Positions 33,244 through 44,921 of a stretch of 64,000 bases of DNA are shown in pieces (position 1 is the stretch's first letter; each line of letters begins with the position of its first letter). This DNA comes from Candidatus Bathyarchaeota archaeon (lineage in GTDB: Archaea; Thermoproteota; Bathyarchaeia; Bathyarchaeales; DTEX01). A model generated the notes under the pieces. The model saw nothing but the letters and a program-made list of their open reading frames with translations, had not been told where the DNA came from and did not search any database. Where the stretch lies: positions 98,098-162,097 of the forward strand of contig CAVQNT010000001.1 of NCBI GenBank assembly GCA_963714275.1, written 5' to 3'. The position numbers were made by a program, and so were the translations under genes.

Positions 33244-34163
33244 ATGAAGAATGAGATTTCAGTCATCCTCGGCTTTGATATGGAGACAGACATAGGAAGC
33301 TGGACTCCTTACTACAAGGGACTCGTTGAAGGTACACCACGGATTCTAGGTCTCCTATCTAAAAAGAAAATCAAGGGAACATTCTTCTTCACAGGCGAAG
33401 CAGCTAAAAAATATCCTGACACAGTTAGAGAGGTTGCGGGGGAAAATCATGAGGTTGGTTGCCATTCTCTCTATCACGAGACAATTGGAGATGAACTTTT
33501 CCCGATTCCAGGTATCAAGCCACTTTTACCTGAAGAGGTACCCTTCCGTTTGGAGAAAGCCACAGAATGGGTAGAAGAGACATTGAGAGATAAAATTGTC
33601 TCCTTCAGAGCACCGAGGCTTTGGGGAAGCACAACCATGGTATGCAGACTGGATAAGCTAGGCTACACATCTGATGCATCTTATCCGCTATACTTTTACG
33701 GGGAACAGCTCGCACCATATCATCCTAGCAGGGACGACTGGACCAAGAAAGGGGAGATTTAAACATCCTGGAGATACCTAACTTTGCAGACATGTCCATA
33801 AAGAGCAAAGACCAATATGGCAGAGACAGAGACCAATGGCCTGTCTTCAGAACAGAAGGAGCAGAAAACCTCATAATTCACATAAAGAATTACATAAAGT
33901 ATCTGAGGGATAGAGAACTTCCCGTGGTGTTGTGTTTCTATTTCCACCCGTGGGAGTTTATAGAGATGCCTAAAGGCCTAATTCAATGCAGCCCAGAAGG
34001 AAAGGTTCTTCCCGACGAATATTTAATCAAAAACTGCGGTGATTACTCTTTAGCACAGCTTGAAAAGATAATTGATGAATTAAAGTCTATAGGCTCAATC
34101 TTCATGGAAGCTGGAGAACTGGCGGAGAGATGGACTGAGATAAACTCGTTAAAAAAAGGTTGA
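33244..34163 (+). CDS. Polysaccharide deacetylase (CE4/NodB-like), frameshift near 33757
   Basis: GFDMETD, TFFFTG, HEVGCHSLYH, FRAP, YFHPWE. Confidence 0.88.
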
Positions 34164-34441
34164 CAGTGAAACAGCTGGCCAACGAAACGGGTTTACCTAC
34201 AAGTTCCACTCATGGATGAATTAAGAAACTTCTGAAAGTCCATGTTTCAAAATCTCAATGAGAAAGATAAAAGGTACAGAACTTAAAGGCATTATGTCTC
34301 AACCTTCCCAGTTCTAAAAAAGCACGCCTGTGTTGTCCTTTAATGTTATCCATCGATATTAGAAAATATTTATATGGGTCACAAAATGAAAAAGCACAAG
34401 GAAATGTTATTTGATATGGAGAGTTTACGTTGACAGATAAA

Positions 34442-36419
34442 ATGCATAACCCCAAGTGGTGTCTCTTCTTTGATTTTCACACAATGCCCGCTTGTCCCGA
34501 TGTTGGAGCAAAATTCGACGTTAATGCGATAGTCGATCACCTGAAAGCCTGCCAAGTAGACTACATCGTGTTCCCAGCACGCTGCAACCTCGGTATGGCT
34601 TACTACAACACCAAGGTGGGCATTCGCCACTACTCCCTCAAATACGATTTGTTCGGCAAGCTCTCCAACGCGTGCGCCGAAGCGGGTATCGCCATATCTG
34701 CCTACATAAACTGTGGTCTCAGCCATGAAGAGGCTCTCTTGCATAGGGACTGGAATGTTCTTTATCCAGAAGGTTATACATATAAACCTGACCGTATGGA
34801 CCATTTCTTCCGCCAGATGTGCTACAACACCGCCTACGCAGAACACCTTCTAGATATGGTGCGAGAAGTTGTTACTCAGTATCCCCTCTCAGGACTCTTC
34901 CTTGATTGCTTCTACACTGGACCTTGCGTCGGAGTCGAATGCATACGTGAGATGAAGAGAGTTGGCTACAACTGGGAAGACCCAATGCAACTGGCTGAGT
35001 ACAACCATATTAAAATCATTAGCATGGCAAAACGAATCGCAGAAGCCGCAAACACGTTAAAACCGAATCTCTTGCTCTATTTCAATGGGCTTCCGTTCGA
35101 AGATCAGCAAGATATCGGGACATATCTTGAATATGAATGTTTGCCGACTGGCGGATGGGGGTATGAATCTCTGCCAGTATACGCCCGTTACGCCCGAAAC
35201 CTCAGCAAACCTGTAATTAACATGACCGGGCGTTTCCATCGGTCGTGGGGCGACTTTGGAGGAATCAGAACTGAAGCCAGACTTGGAATATGATTGTCTA
35301 TACGGTCTGGCAAACGCCATGCGCACAACCATAGGCGACCACATCCACCCCCGTGGAGATATAAACCAAGCTGTTTTTAATCTAGTAAGGAAGGTGTACT
35401 CACGGGTACAGAAATTCGAACCGTGGCTCGATGGAGCCACTGCATTGACTGACATTGCATTAGTGGCGCCTCAGCCTACATTCCGAGTGACTGAAGCCGA
35501 CGCCCACCAACGGAGCATGGAAATCGTAAAAGGCGCGACTCGTATGCTCTGCGAGCTGAAGATGCAGTTCAACGTCGTCTCGCACTCTCGTGACTGGAGT
35601 GGATACCGTCTTTTAATCTTGCCTGATATAGTGTTCTTGGATGATAACGCAGCAAAAAAAGTAAAGGCTCACTTGGATACGGGAGGTCGGGTTCTGGCAT
35701 CCGCATGGTCTGGACTTGACCCTGATCGGAAAGAGTTTGTTTTAGGCGAAGAGTGGGGAGTGACTTTCAAAGGTGATGATTCGTATGATCCTGCATATCT
35801 GCTTCCGTATCCGCAGGTGGCAGACGGTTTGCCCAATATGCCGATGAACTTCTATTCGCATGGTGCTGCTGTTGACACTTTGCCTGGAACTGAGGTGCTT
35901 GGTGAAATCATCGCGCCTTATTACAACCGCTACTGGGATGGTGAGCACGGTTTCCTCTACCTACCTCCTGACATACGCACAGGACAACCAGCGGTGACAA
36001 GGCGAGGACAGGTCGGGTATATCACTCACGCGATCTTCGGTGGTTACTTCCAACATGCCCCTATACACACTCGTCAACTTGTCGCCAATCTATCGAGGCT
36101 TCTGCTTCCCAATCCATTGACATGCGTGCAAGGGCTTCCTTCCTTCGGCAGAGTTACAGTTACGAGCCAGAAAAATCGACGCATGGTCCATTTGCTGTCC
36201 TATGTTCCCGAACGACGTGGCACGAACATAGATATGATTGAAGAACCCATCGAGGTGGGAGACGTGCAAGTGTCGTTACTTATTGACGGGAGAACGCCAA
36301 AAAAGGTCTACTTGGCACCTGAACATAAGGCGCTACCGTTCACCATCGATAATAAATATGTCCACACAACGGTTCCGTCCATACATGGATATGCAATGGT
36401 AGTCTTTGAAGAGGCTTGA
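34442..36419 (+). CDS. Second GH151-like alpha-L-fucosidase (frameshift at 35279)
   Basis: FFDFHT, ARCNLG, GLFLDC, EYECLPTGGWGY, MTGRFHRSWGDFGG, IGDHIHP, HLLSYVPERR. Confidence 0.85.
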
Positions 36420-36490
36420 CGCCCAAATAGGCAGAGCGGAATTACTTGTTAAGAACAAGTAATTAAAAGAGTAGTATTTGTTTTTTTTAC

Positions 36491-37472
36491 TTAATCGTTG
36501 ATGAAACAACGAACCATATGGGTAGGCTCGATTTCTACAAATGGTGGGGTTTTTTCTCTACAAACCGGCTTCGCTTCGTTGCATCTACCATAAAATATGC
36601 AGCCTTGTCCTGTTTGAAATCTGTCAGCAAGGACTACTCCTTGTTCCAGTTTATCTTTCCACTTTTTTCTAGGATCAGGATCAGGTATTGAGTTAATTAA
36701 AATTTTTGTGTAGGGATGGACTGGATTTCTTATCACTAATTTGGCTTTTCCCATCTCTACAATTGTACCAAGGCATAAGACTATGATGTCAGATGAAACA
36801 TAGTTTGCTGTATTGAGGTCATGAGTTATGTAAAGACATGATATATCGAGTTTTTCTTTGAGGTCCAAAAGATTTCTGAGAAATATAGAATCTTAATGAG
36901 ACATCTATCATCGATACTGGTTCATCAGCTAATAATAATTTAGGCTTTATGAGAAGAATTCTGGCCAACATAAGTCTCTGTCTTTCGCCACCACTTCACT
37001 GATGAGGATACCTGCCCAGAACATCTTTAGGTCTTAACCCAATAGCCTCCAAAGATTCAAGAATTAATTTTTGACCCTCCTCTTTTGATGAAGCTAATTT
37101 AAACTTATTGATTGCCATTTTGAAAACGCGATCAACTTTATAAAAGGGATTATACATGCTGTATGGGTCTTGAAATATTGCTTGGACTTCACGACGATAT
37201 GTAGTCTTATCTTTTTTATACCAGAAGCTTATATTCTTTCCTTTATAAGAAATTTCTCCAGATGTTGGGTCAAGCAATCCCAATATCATTTTAAATATTG
37301 TACTCTTTCCACTTCCGCTTTCGCCAACTAGACAAGTTACAGTAGGTTCTCCACCAGGTATAAAAAACGAGGCATTATCAACTGCCTTGATGACTTTTTT
37401 ATTAAGACCTAATACGCCGCCGACTGAATAAGTCTTCGAAACACTTTTCAACTCTAGTATCACTTCTGCCAT
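36491..37472 (-). CDS. Oligopeptide/sugar ABC transporter ATPase (OppF/DppF-like); in-frame stop at 36996 and shift near 36890
   Basis: [12 protein letters not shown][L]SGGE, ADEP, ITHD, C-terminal Cys cluster. Confidence 0.9.
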
Positions 37473-37477
37473 TTTAA

Positions 37478-38418
37478 TCACTCACAAAGATAACATGCGA
37501 CGTATCGTTCTTTACTTACTTCTTTAAAAGAAGGTTCCTTCTCAGAGCATTTTGGCATTGCGTAAGGACATCTGGGATGGAATCTGCAACCTATGGGGTA
37601 GTTTAGTGGACTAGGTGCCAGTCCCGGTATGCCTATAACCGTCTTGTCTTCTAAAGAAGGCACAGCTTTCAATAAAAGCTCGTATATGGATGAAGCGAAT
37701 CCAAGAAAACGTCGTTAGATGAACCTATCTCGACGATCTTTCCTGCATACATTATCGCTATCCTATCAACTATCTCGGCGTGGGCTGCCATGTCGTGAGT
37801 TACAAAAATTATAGAGATTTTTTTACGGTTTCTTAAGTCGACTAAAGTTTCAAGGACGACTCTTTGAACTACTACATCTAATGCAGTAACAGGTTCGTCT
37901 GCAACTACAATACTTGGTTCCAAAAGAGTGGCCATAGCTATTATTGTTCTTTGCTTCATTCCCCCACTAAGTTCATGAGGGTACATCCTAGATACCTCGG
38001 GAGGTAAACCGATTTCTTTAAGCCTAGATATTATCGTATTCCTTGCTTCTTCTTTAGATATTTTGACATGTGAGGTCATAGCATCCATCATTTGTTCATT
38101 AATTCTCAAAACTGGATTTAAAGAGTTCATAGAACCTTGTGGTACATAAGATAAACGCTCCCATCTTAACTTGTTAAGCTCCTCCTTGTTCAAACTTAAC
38201 AAGTCTACACCCTCAAAGATAACTCTTCCACTCTTTACATATGCAGGAGGCTTAACAATTCTTAAGATTCCTCCCACCAGAGTCGACTTTCCACATCCAG
38301 ATTCCCCCGCTATCCCAAAAATTTCATTTTCAAATACCTTAAAAGATACACCATCTACAGCTTTAACATCACCTAGTTTAGTATTATAGTATACATGCAT
38401 ATCTTGAATTTCCAACAT
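37478..38418 (-). CDS. ABC transporter ATPase (OppD/DppD-like), frameshift near 37678
   Basis: GESGCGKS, YPHELSGGMKQR, ADEP, GCRFHPRCP. Confidence 0.92.
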
Positions 38419-38433
38419 ACTATCTGCACCAGA

Positions 38434-39345
38434 TCATATTTTTCTAAGCCTTGGATTGAAGACTTCATCCAAACCAGCATTCATGAGATTTACTGAAACA
38501 AAAATGAATGCCAAACTTAAAATGGGAGGTAAAAGCAAGTTATATGATCTTGTTGAAAAAGCAGAATAGAGAATACTTAGATTAATAATATAACCTATTG
38601 AATTTATTGATGAAGATCCTATGCCTACAAGTCGGATTCCAGTTTCTGTCACAATAGTTACTATTATTGAAGTTGCAAATCCAACAAGTATATAAGGTAC
38701 AAGATTCGGGAGGATCTCCAAAAAAATTATTTCAAGATCTCTCTCATTAGATATTTTCGCAAAATCTATGTAAGCTCTATTCTTCAAACTTAAAGCTTGC
38801 GACCTTATTGTACGAGCAGCCCAAGGCCAGCTGAACAATGCCAAAAGTAAACCAAGTGCAAATATATCAGATATAGTTACGTAGGTAGCAATAACTAACA
38901 ATATTGGTAATGTAGGTAAAACGAGAATCTGGTTAGTTATGAAATTTAGTAGTCCATCTATTAAACCTCCTTTCATTGCACCTACTAGAGCAAATGTTAC
39001 AGCTACAAGTGTTGATATTAATGCTGCTATAAAGCCAATCGAAAGTGAATAATTAAGTGCAATAATATTCAGCATCATTAAATCTCTTCCATACATATCG
39101 GTGCCTAGAGGATGCTGGAGGGATAGACCTAAGTATCTTGCATAAGCCCCTCCTGATATTGGAGTTGCTTCCGGGTATGATGGAGGAGCATTTACTAACA
39201 CAAGGGATTGAATTGCGGATTTTAATAGAGCTATGCATATTATTATCGTGAATATAGAGAACCCTACTGTAAGTTTCTTTGAAGACCTTAATAGGTTTAC
39301 AAACTTTACAAGATTACTTTTAAGCAATACCAAGTTGAACTTCAA
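38434..39345 (-). CDS. ABC transporter permease (OppC/DppC-like)
   Basis: HPLGTD..GRD, WPWAARTIRSQ, NPRLR. Confidence 0.92.
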   Translation of the reverse strand: MKFNLVLLKSNLVKFVNLLRSSKKLTVGFSIFTIIICIALLKSAIQSLVLVNAPPSYPEATPISGGAYARYLGLSLQHPLGTDMYGRDLMMLNIIALNYSLSIGFIAALISTLVAVTFALVGAMKGGLIDGLLNFITNQILVLPTLPILLVIATYVTISDIFALGLLLALFSWPWAARTIRSQALSLKNRAYIDFAKISNERDLEIIFLEILPNLVPYILVGFATSIIVTIVTETGIRLVGIGSSSINSIGYIINLSILYSAFSTRSYNLLLPPILSLAFIFVSVNLMNAGLDEVFNPRLRKI

Positions 39346-40369
39346 GCAGATCGCTTTCCATACGCTATTCTTGGATCAATTAGCGGGTATATTAAATCTA
39401 TTATCAAATTTGACATGAGTACGGTAAACATAGATACAAGAGCCTATGCCTTGAACTAGGTTATAATCTAGCATATGGATTCCCGTAATGAAATAATAAC
39501 CAATTCCCGGATAGGAAAAAATATACTCAAGGAGGAAAGAACCACTCACCGCTCTACCTAAAGAAATTGCAAGACCGGTAACTTGTGGCAAAAGCGAATT
39601 TCTCAGTAGATATCTTGAAATAACGGTCCTATCCTTTAAACCTTTAGCTTCTGCAAGGAGTAGGTAATCTTCTCCCAGAATTGATATTGTCAGAGCCTCT
39701 TGATGTTAATAGCCATTGGCACATGGATATTATTACAAGTGATAAAGAAGGCAGGATTGCATGGTAGATTACATCGGATATAAACGCTAAAGAAAGAGAT
39801 GGAGTAATAATTGGTGAGTAAGCCCCTGATGTAGGGAACAATGCAAGTCCAAATCCTAAAACTATTAAAAGTACAATTCCCAGTAAAAAGAAGGGCATTT
39901 GAGACATAATTAAAGAATAAATCAATAGAATACTATCAATCTTACTTCCAGTCCTTTTCGCAGCGATGGTGCCTAAAATTAGACCTACCACCCATGAAAT
40001 CAATGTAGATATCATCAATAATCCTATAGACCAAGGTAGAGCTCGCCAGATTATGACTTCAGCTGGAGTGGGAAAACTTAGGAATGATGGTCCAAAATTA
40101 AACTTTAGAACTCCGTTTTCTAACCACAATACATACTGTGTAAACAAGTCTTTATCTAATCCAAACATTTGCTTGTACCTTTGAACCAATTCCAGTAGGT
40201 AGTCTTGTTGTATCCAGGTTTGACTAGTCATTTGTGCCACGTATGTTGTTACAGGATCACCTGGAATGAGACGAAGAATCCAGAAGAGCAGACTAAAAGC
40301 TACAAACATCGTAACTAAATAGTATAATATGCGTTTCGCTAGAATGTAAATCAAACTTTTTAATTCCAT
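39342..40369 (-). CDS. ABC transporter permease (OppB/DppB-like), two frameshifts
   Basis: PGDP, FGLDK....QY, GEDYLLLAEAKG, FSYPGIG, DPRI; shifts at 39694 and 39441. Confidence 0.9.
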
Positions 40370-40419
40370 ATTTACATTCCCATACAAATAATTTATTTAC
40401 CTTTAAAAAGAGAACCGTA

Positions 40420-40470
40420 AAAATATAAAGCTTTTGAAGAAATTAATCGTACCAAAAATTATATATCATA
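40420..40470. promoter_or_regulatory. Divergent TATA promoters for oppB and oppA
   Basis: ATATAAAG (TTTATAT on minus strand) near 40423-40430 and AAAAATTATATAT near 40454-40466. Confidence 0.45.
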
Positions 40471-40513
40471 ATCCCGTAATAATTGTTGCTTAGAAAAAAA
40501 AGAAGGAAAAAAA

Positions 40514-42689
40514 ATGAAAGCCAAAATCTCAATGAGTACAACTATTGCTATTATGATAATTCTTTCAACAATAATGGTTTCATTTCAGGTACCAGTAATT
40601 CCAGTGAAAGCTCAACTTCCTGTCCCACGGGAAGAATCATTTATACTAGTGACGAATGTGCGCTTGACCATGTTCAGTAACTTTAATCCATTCATACCAA
40701 ACCAGAATGGTCAAAACATGTTGACTCAGCTATGCTTTGAACCGTTTATGGTCCCGGATGAATTTCCGCCACATGATACAAAATATTGGTTGATAACGGG
40801 ATACAATTATAGCAACAATTACATGACTTTTACTATGCATATCAGAAATGGCGTAAAGTGGAATGATGGAGTGAGTCTCACTTCAGAGGACATAAAGTTC
40901 ACAGTAGAATTAAATGTGAATCGCACTATTGGACCTTATGCCAAATTTAAGAGATATGGTTTGGTTTCTATTGAAACACCCGACCCTCTTACTGTGGTAT
41001 TCAACTTCAATCAATCTAATCCTCGAATAGATGAAGATTTCAGAAACCCGGTTCAACCAACCATCGTCCCGAAACACATATGGAACGATAAAGATCCATT
41101 GACCTTTAATAATACGGTTAATGGGTCCATTGTTACTACTGGACCATATAAATTATACATGACTTTTCCGGATGAAGGAACGGTGATATGGATACGCGAT
41201 GATAACTACTGGGGAAAAACAGTTTTGGGATTTCCAGGACCTAAATATTTCATTGTTGAATCAGTTAAGTCAAATGATATAGTTATTGCTGCATTGGAAA
41301 ACCACGAAATAGACTATATTAATTTGCCTGGTATAGTAGCTATAGAAGCAGCTCACGCTGTAGATCCATATGTATCAACGCATAGATCTATCCATCCAGT
41401 AGCCAATGGCATAATGTTTAACACACTAAAATACCCACTTAGTCTTCCTGAGGTTAGATGGGCGATAGCATATATGGTCAATTTCCCAAAGATGGAACAG
41501 CTCTCAACGCTAGTTGAACATAATATTGCTGCTAGATTACCGTGGCCACAAACTTGGCCTGGTCTTAGAAGATGGACCTACACAGATGTGATTGCCCAAT
41601 ATAGCCCGTATGGTAAATATAATATTACTAAGGCAAATGAAGTATTAGACAACTTGGGCTTCACTAAAGGTAGTGACGGAATCAGGGTAACTCCTAATGG
41701 TACAAGACTGTCCTTTGAAATATTTACCACTGTTGGACTGGAGAATGTATATGATATTCTGTGGATGGACCTTGTTGCGCTAGGACCACAAGTCGGCATA
41801 GAATTCACTACTAAATATGTAGCCTCCACTATTACAGCACAGAAAGTTAAGATGGGAGACTTTGACATATACACTGATTATATAGGCGGAATGTGGGCTG
41901 GAGATATATTTCCCTTCCTAGAAAGACTTCACTAGCACGTTTGCCACACCTGTCGGTACAACACCCGCGGCTCAGACATATATTCCTCGATGGACTGGTG
42001 GACCCGAATATGATGCGATAATTGATCAATTACGGCAAATGACACCTGATGATCCAGCGGCGCAAGCCCTCTACAGGCAAGCAGAAATTATACTTTTACA
42101 AGGGATCCCATTGATGGCAGTCTGGGATGCACGCGCAGTGTATCCTATTTCAACAAAGTACTGGGTAGGTTGGCCCAAATTACCTAGACCTGTTCCTACA
42201 GATCCACCATACTATGGAGAAGCATATCCCACATGGGAAACAGACACATACGACATATGGCTAAACATTAGGCTTATATCTGGTCCACTGCAAATATTAT
42301 ACAACCTTAAGACTGTAAAACCAATACAGAAGGTAATTGTTTGGTTTACCGCAGACGTTCCATTTTTCATGGGTGCTGACGGAAAAACTTATGGTCCATT
42401 TGTAGTTGGGCAATTTAAAGAAATTCCAGAAGACGATGCAAATACACTCACTACAGCTGGAAAAGCATCCTTTAACCCGCCTATTCCAGGATTAGCAGCA
42501 ATGCAAGCCAGACTAGATAGCCTACAAAGCAGTGTCACATCATTAACACAAACTATAGCAACCCTTCAAACTAGTGTGGATTCTATACCTGGAATTGTAA
42601 GTACAGTGAACATGATGACTACACTGGCTGTCGCAGAAGGCGTGATTATAATAATAATAGCATTAGTTCTCTTGATGCGAAAGAAATAA
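40514..42689 (+). CDS. Family-5 (OppA/DppA) solute-binding protein with GINS-B-like module, coiled coil and C-terminal TM anchor (frameshift near 41930)
   Basis: Signal peptide, GVKWNDG...TSEDIKFT, TTGPY, VRWAIA, DGIRVTPNG; C-terminal hydrophobic helix plus RKK. Confidence 0.9.
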
Positions 42690-42703
42690 TACGATAAAGT
42701 ACT

Positions 42704-42720
42704 CCCATTCCCTTTTTTTT
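42704..42720 (+). terminator. Pyrimidine/poly-T archaeal terminator
   Basis: CCCATTCCCTTTTTTTT shortly after the oppA stop. Confidence 0.5.
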
Positions 42721-43201
42721 ACCCTATATAAGCTAGACACTGGCTATTGACCGAGTGATTTTAAAAAATTAAAACATATTCGTAAGCCTATTGAGTATAC
42801 TCCAGAGTCGCCTATAAGCTGCTTAAGGAGTCATATTTCCACGACGTGCTATCTGTTGTTGCAACTATTATCTGGGGTGACTTAAGCGAGTGCTACACAG
42901 ACACGCTCAAGTTTATCCCTGATGAAGCCACTACTACGTTAGCCAGCTACAAACTATGGAACTATGACCTTAACTCATAGATTTAGGGTCTTAGATTCAG
43001 GAAGGTGCTGGGACATGAACCTCCACTTTCCTCTGCACCTTGGGAGTATTAGACCTGTTTCCTACACACCGTCTGTTCATTATTACCTTAGGAGTAAGAT
43101 GGGGTAAACATAATCGCAAAGTATCTTCATCCTCAGGTTATACGGGGAGAGCCACAATGATAAATCCTATTCTAGGATTTTCTTCTCGCCTACTTTCTAA
43201 G

Positions 43202-43948
43202 TTATCCTAGTAGGGATGCAGATTCTTTATCTAAAAAGATATGAGCTTGAGGGTGTTGTTTGAGTATCGATGCTGGATAAAGTGGGGTAATTGGCGCATT
43301 CGAAGATAGACAATCTTGCACTGCTTTCGCTTTACGTTTTTCAGCGCATGTGCAGATAATCACGTTAGATTTCATAATTTGTTTAACTGACATCGTTATT
43401 GCTTTTAAAGGAACCTCCTTTATGGAGTCAAACCATCCTTCACCAACTTGTTGCTGTCTACATTTCTCATCTAAATGAACAATAATATACGGGTCTTCAA
43501 TCTCAAAATCTGCTGGTGGATCATTGAAAGCAATGTGCCCGTTTTCTCCTATTCCGACAAACGTCACATCAATTTTTCCTATTGAAACTAGGTTGCCTAT
43601 CCTTTTACACTCAGACACTGAATCGGGTGCATCTCCTTGAATGAAATGAACAGTGCCTGGATGTACTTTCTCCACAAGCCGTTCTGAAAGATATTTCCGA
43701 AAACTGGCGGGATGGGCTGCGGGTAATCCAATATACTCATCTAGGTGAAACATTTCTGTTCGAGACCAATCAATATTCTCGGATCTACAAAGGCAATCAA
43801 GAAATTCAAAATGAGCTTCTCCCGTTGCAGCAACAAATCTTGCTTTTGGTTTACTGGCTAACGTGCTTCGTAAAATCTGCGATGCTTTTTCTGCAGCATT
43901 CCGACCTGTCTCATCCTTTGTAGAACTAATGTAAAATCTCAAATACAC
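43202..43948 (-). CDS. nagB: Glucosamine-6-phosphate deaminase/isomerase
   Basis: ATG, FHLDEYIG, HPASF, GIGENGHIAFNDP, PASIL. Confidence 0.9.
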   Translation of the reverse strand: MYLRFYISSTKDETGRNAAEKASQILRSTLASKPKARFVAATGEAHFEFLDCLCRSENIDWSRTEMFHLDEYIGLPAAHPASFRKYLSERLVEKVHPGTVHFIQGDAPDSVSECKRIGNLVSIGKIDVTFVGIGENGHIAFNDPPADFEIEDPYIIVHLDEKCRQQQVGEGWFDSIKEVPLKAITMSVKQIMKSNVIICTCAEKRKAKAVQDCLSSNAPITPLYPASILKQHPQAHIFLDKESASLLG

Positions 43949-44169
43949 ACCTCATGCTAAACCACGTAATTCATAATTGAACAATAAATAACTTCTGCCA
44001 GGCTTAGTGTTTTAGAAAATGAATTCAGTCTCTATGCTGCAAATTCCCTTGTATTACTTCGTATAACGTCTTACAGGTGTTAGTTATTTTGTGTGTTATA
44101 GAGATCATATATGAGATAGCACATACAGAAAATCAATTAGATGAAAAAGCGCGCGCTTGTTTTAATCTT

Positions 44170-44921
44170 ACTTGTTGGGGTGGAATTTTTTGGTGCTTAA
44201 TGTTTAGGGGGTTATGTTTTGCCAGAGGTCTACTTGAGGCCTTACCCTGGTTTTGCCGACTATACTCATTTTCCCCGTGTTTCCAATGTCTGCAACTTTT
44301 GCCTCGTGAGTTCCGGTTCCTAGGTCTATGATGTGCTCTGTGAAGTCTCCCTTTCCGTCGTTAAGGTAGATTATCTGGCGAGGAACATTGGGGTTGTTCT
44401 GCATTTTTTCTCCCACATAAATGTCCATGTGTCCATCCTTGTCAAAGTCTGCCACACCTAGGCTGTGAGGATGAAAGAGGTCGTCTTTGATCATGTGCAT
44501 CTTCCAGTCCGACCCTTCAAACCACACTAACCTGCCGTTGTCGCTTTCGCATTCGCTCATCACCAAGTCGAGAACTCCGTCTTCATTCATGTCAGCCACC
44601 TGAATCCGAGTTCTAGAGAATACTATCCCTTCCCATACCCTCGCATGAAACTCTTTCAAGATTTTTCGTGACCATTTTCCTTTTGGCGTTTTTGGCGGCT
44701 TGAAGATGTTTGGGCCAGCCACAACTTCGTTTACTCCGTCTCCGTCAAGATCAACAATCGCAAGGCCTTCTATGACAATATTGTCGCAGATGAGATGACG
44801 ATATTTGCTTGGCCAAGGAGAAACCGTCGGATCAGGAGGAACATCATAATAGACCAGCACTTTTGCTTGCTGCGAGGGCACTAACAGCTCATCTTCGCCA
44901 TCGCCATCAACATCTCCCACC
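44170..44921. repeat. 752-bp inverted repeat, copy 2
   Basis: Reverse complement of 28465-29216. Confidence 0.95.

Noticed and set aside
3122-37000. In-frame TGA codons (nadA 3122, vapC 14853, oppF 36996) as selenocysteine or recoding
   Set aside because: They fall at non-Cys positions (Leu expected) and each overlaps a present or inferred AGCT; normal genes here also end in TGA.
42790-43160. Coding-like stretch between oppA and nagB
   Set aside because: No start codon in the open frame and no recognisable family; probably decayed sequence.
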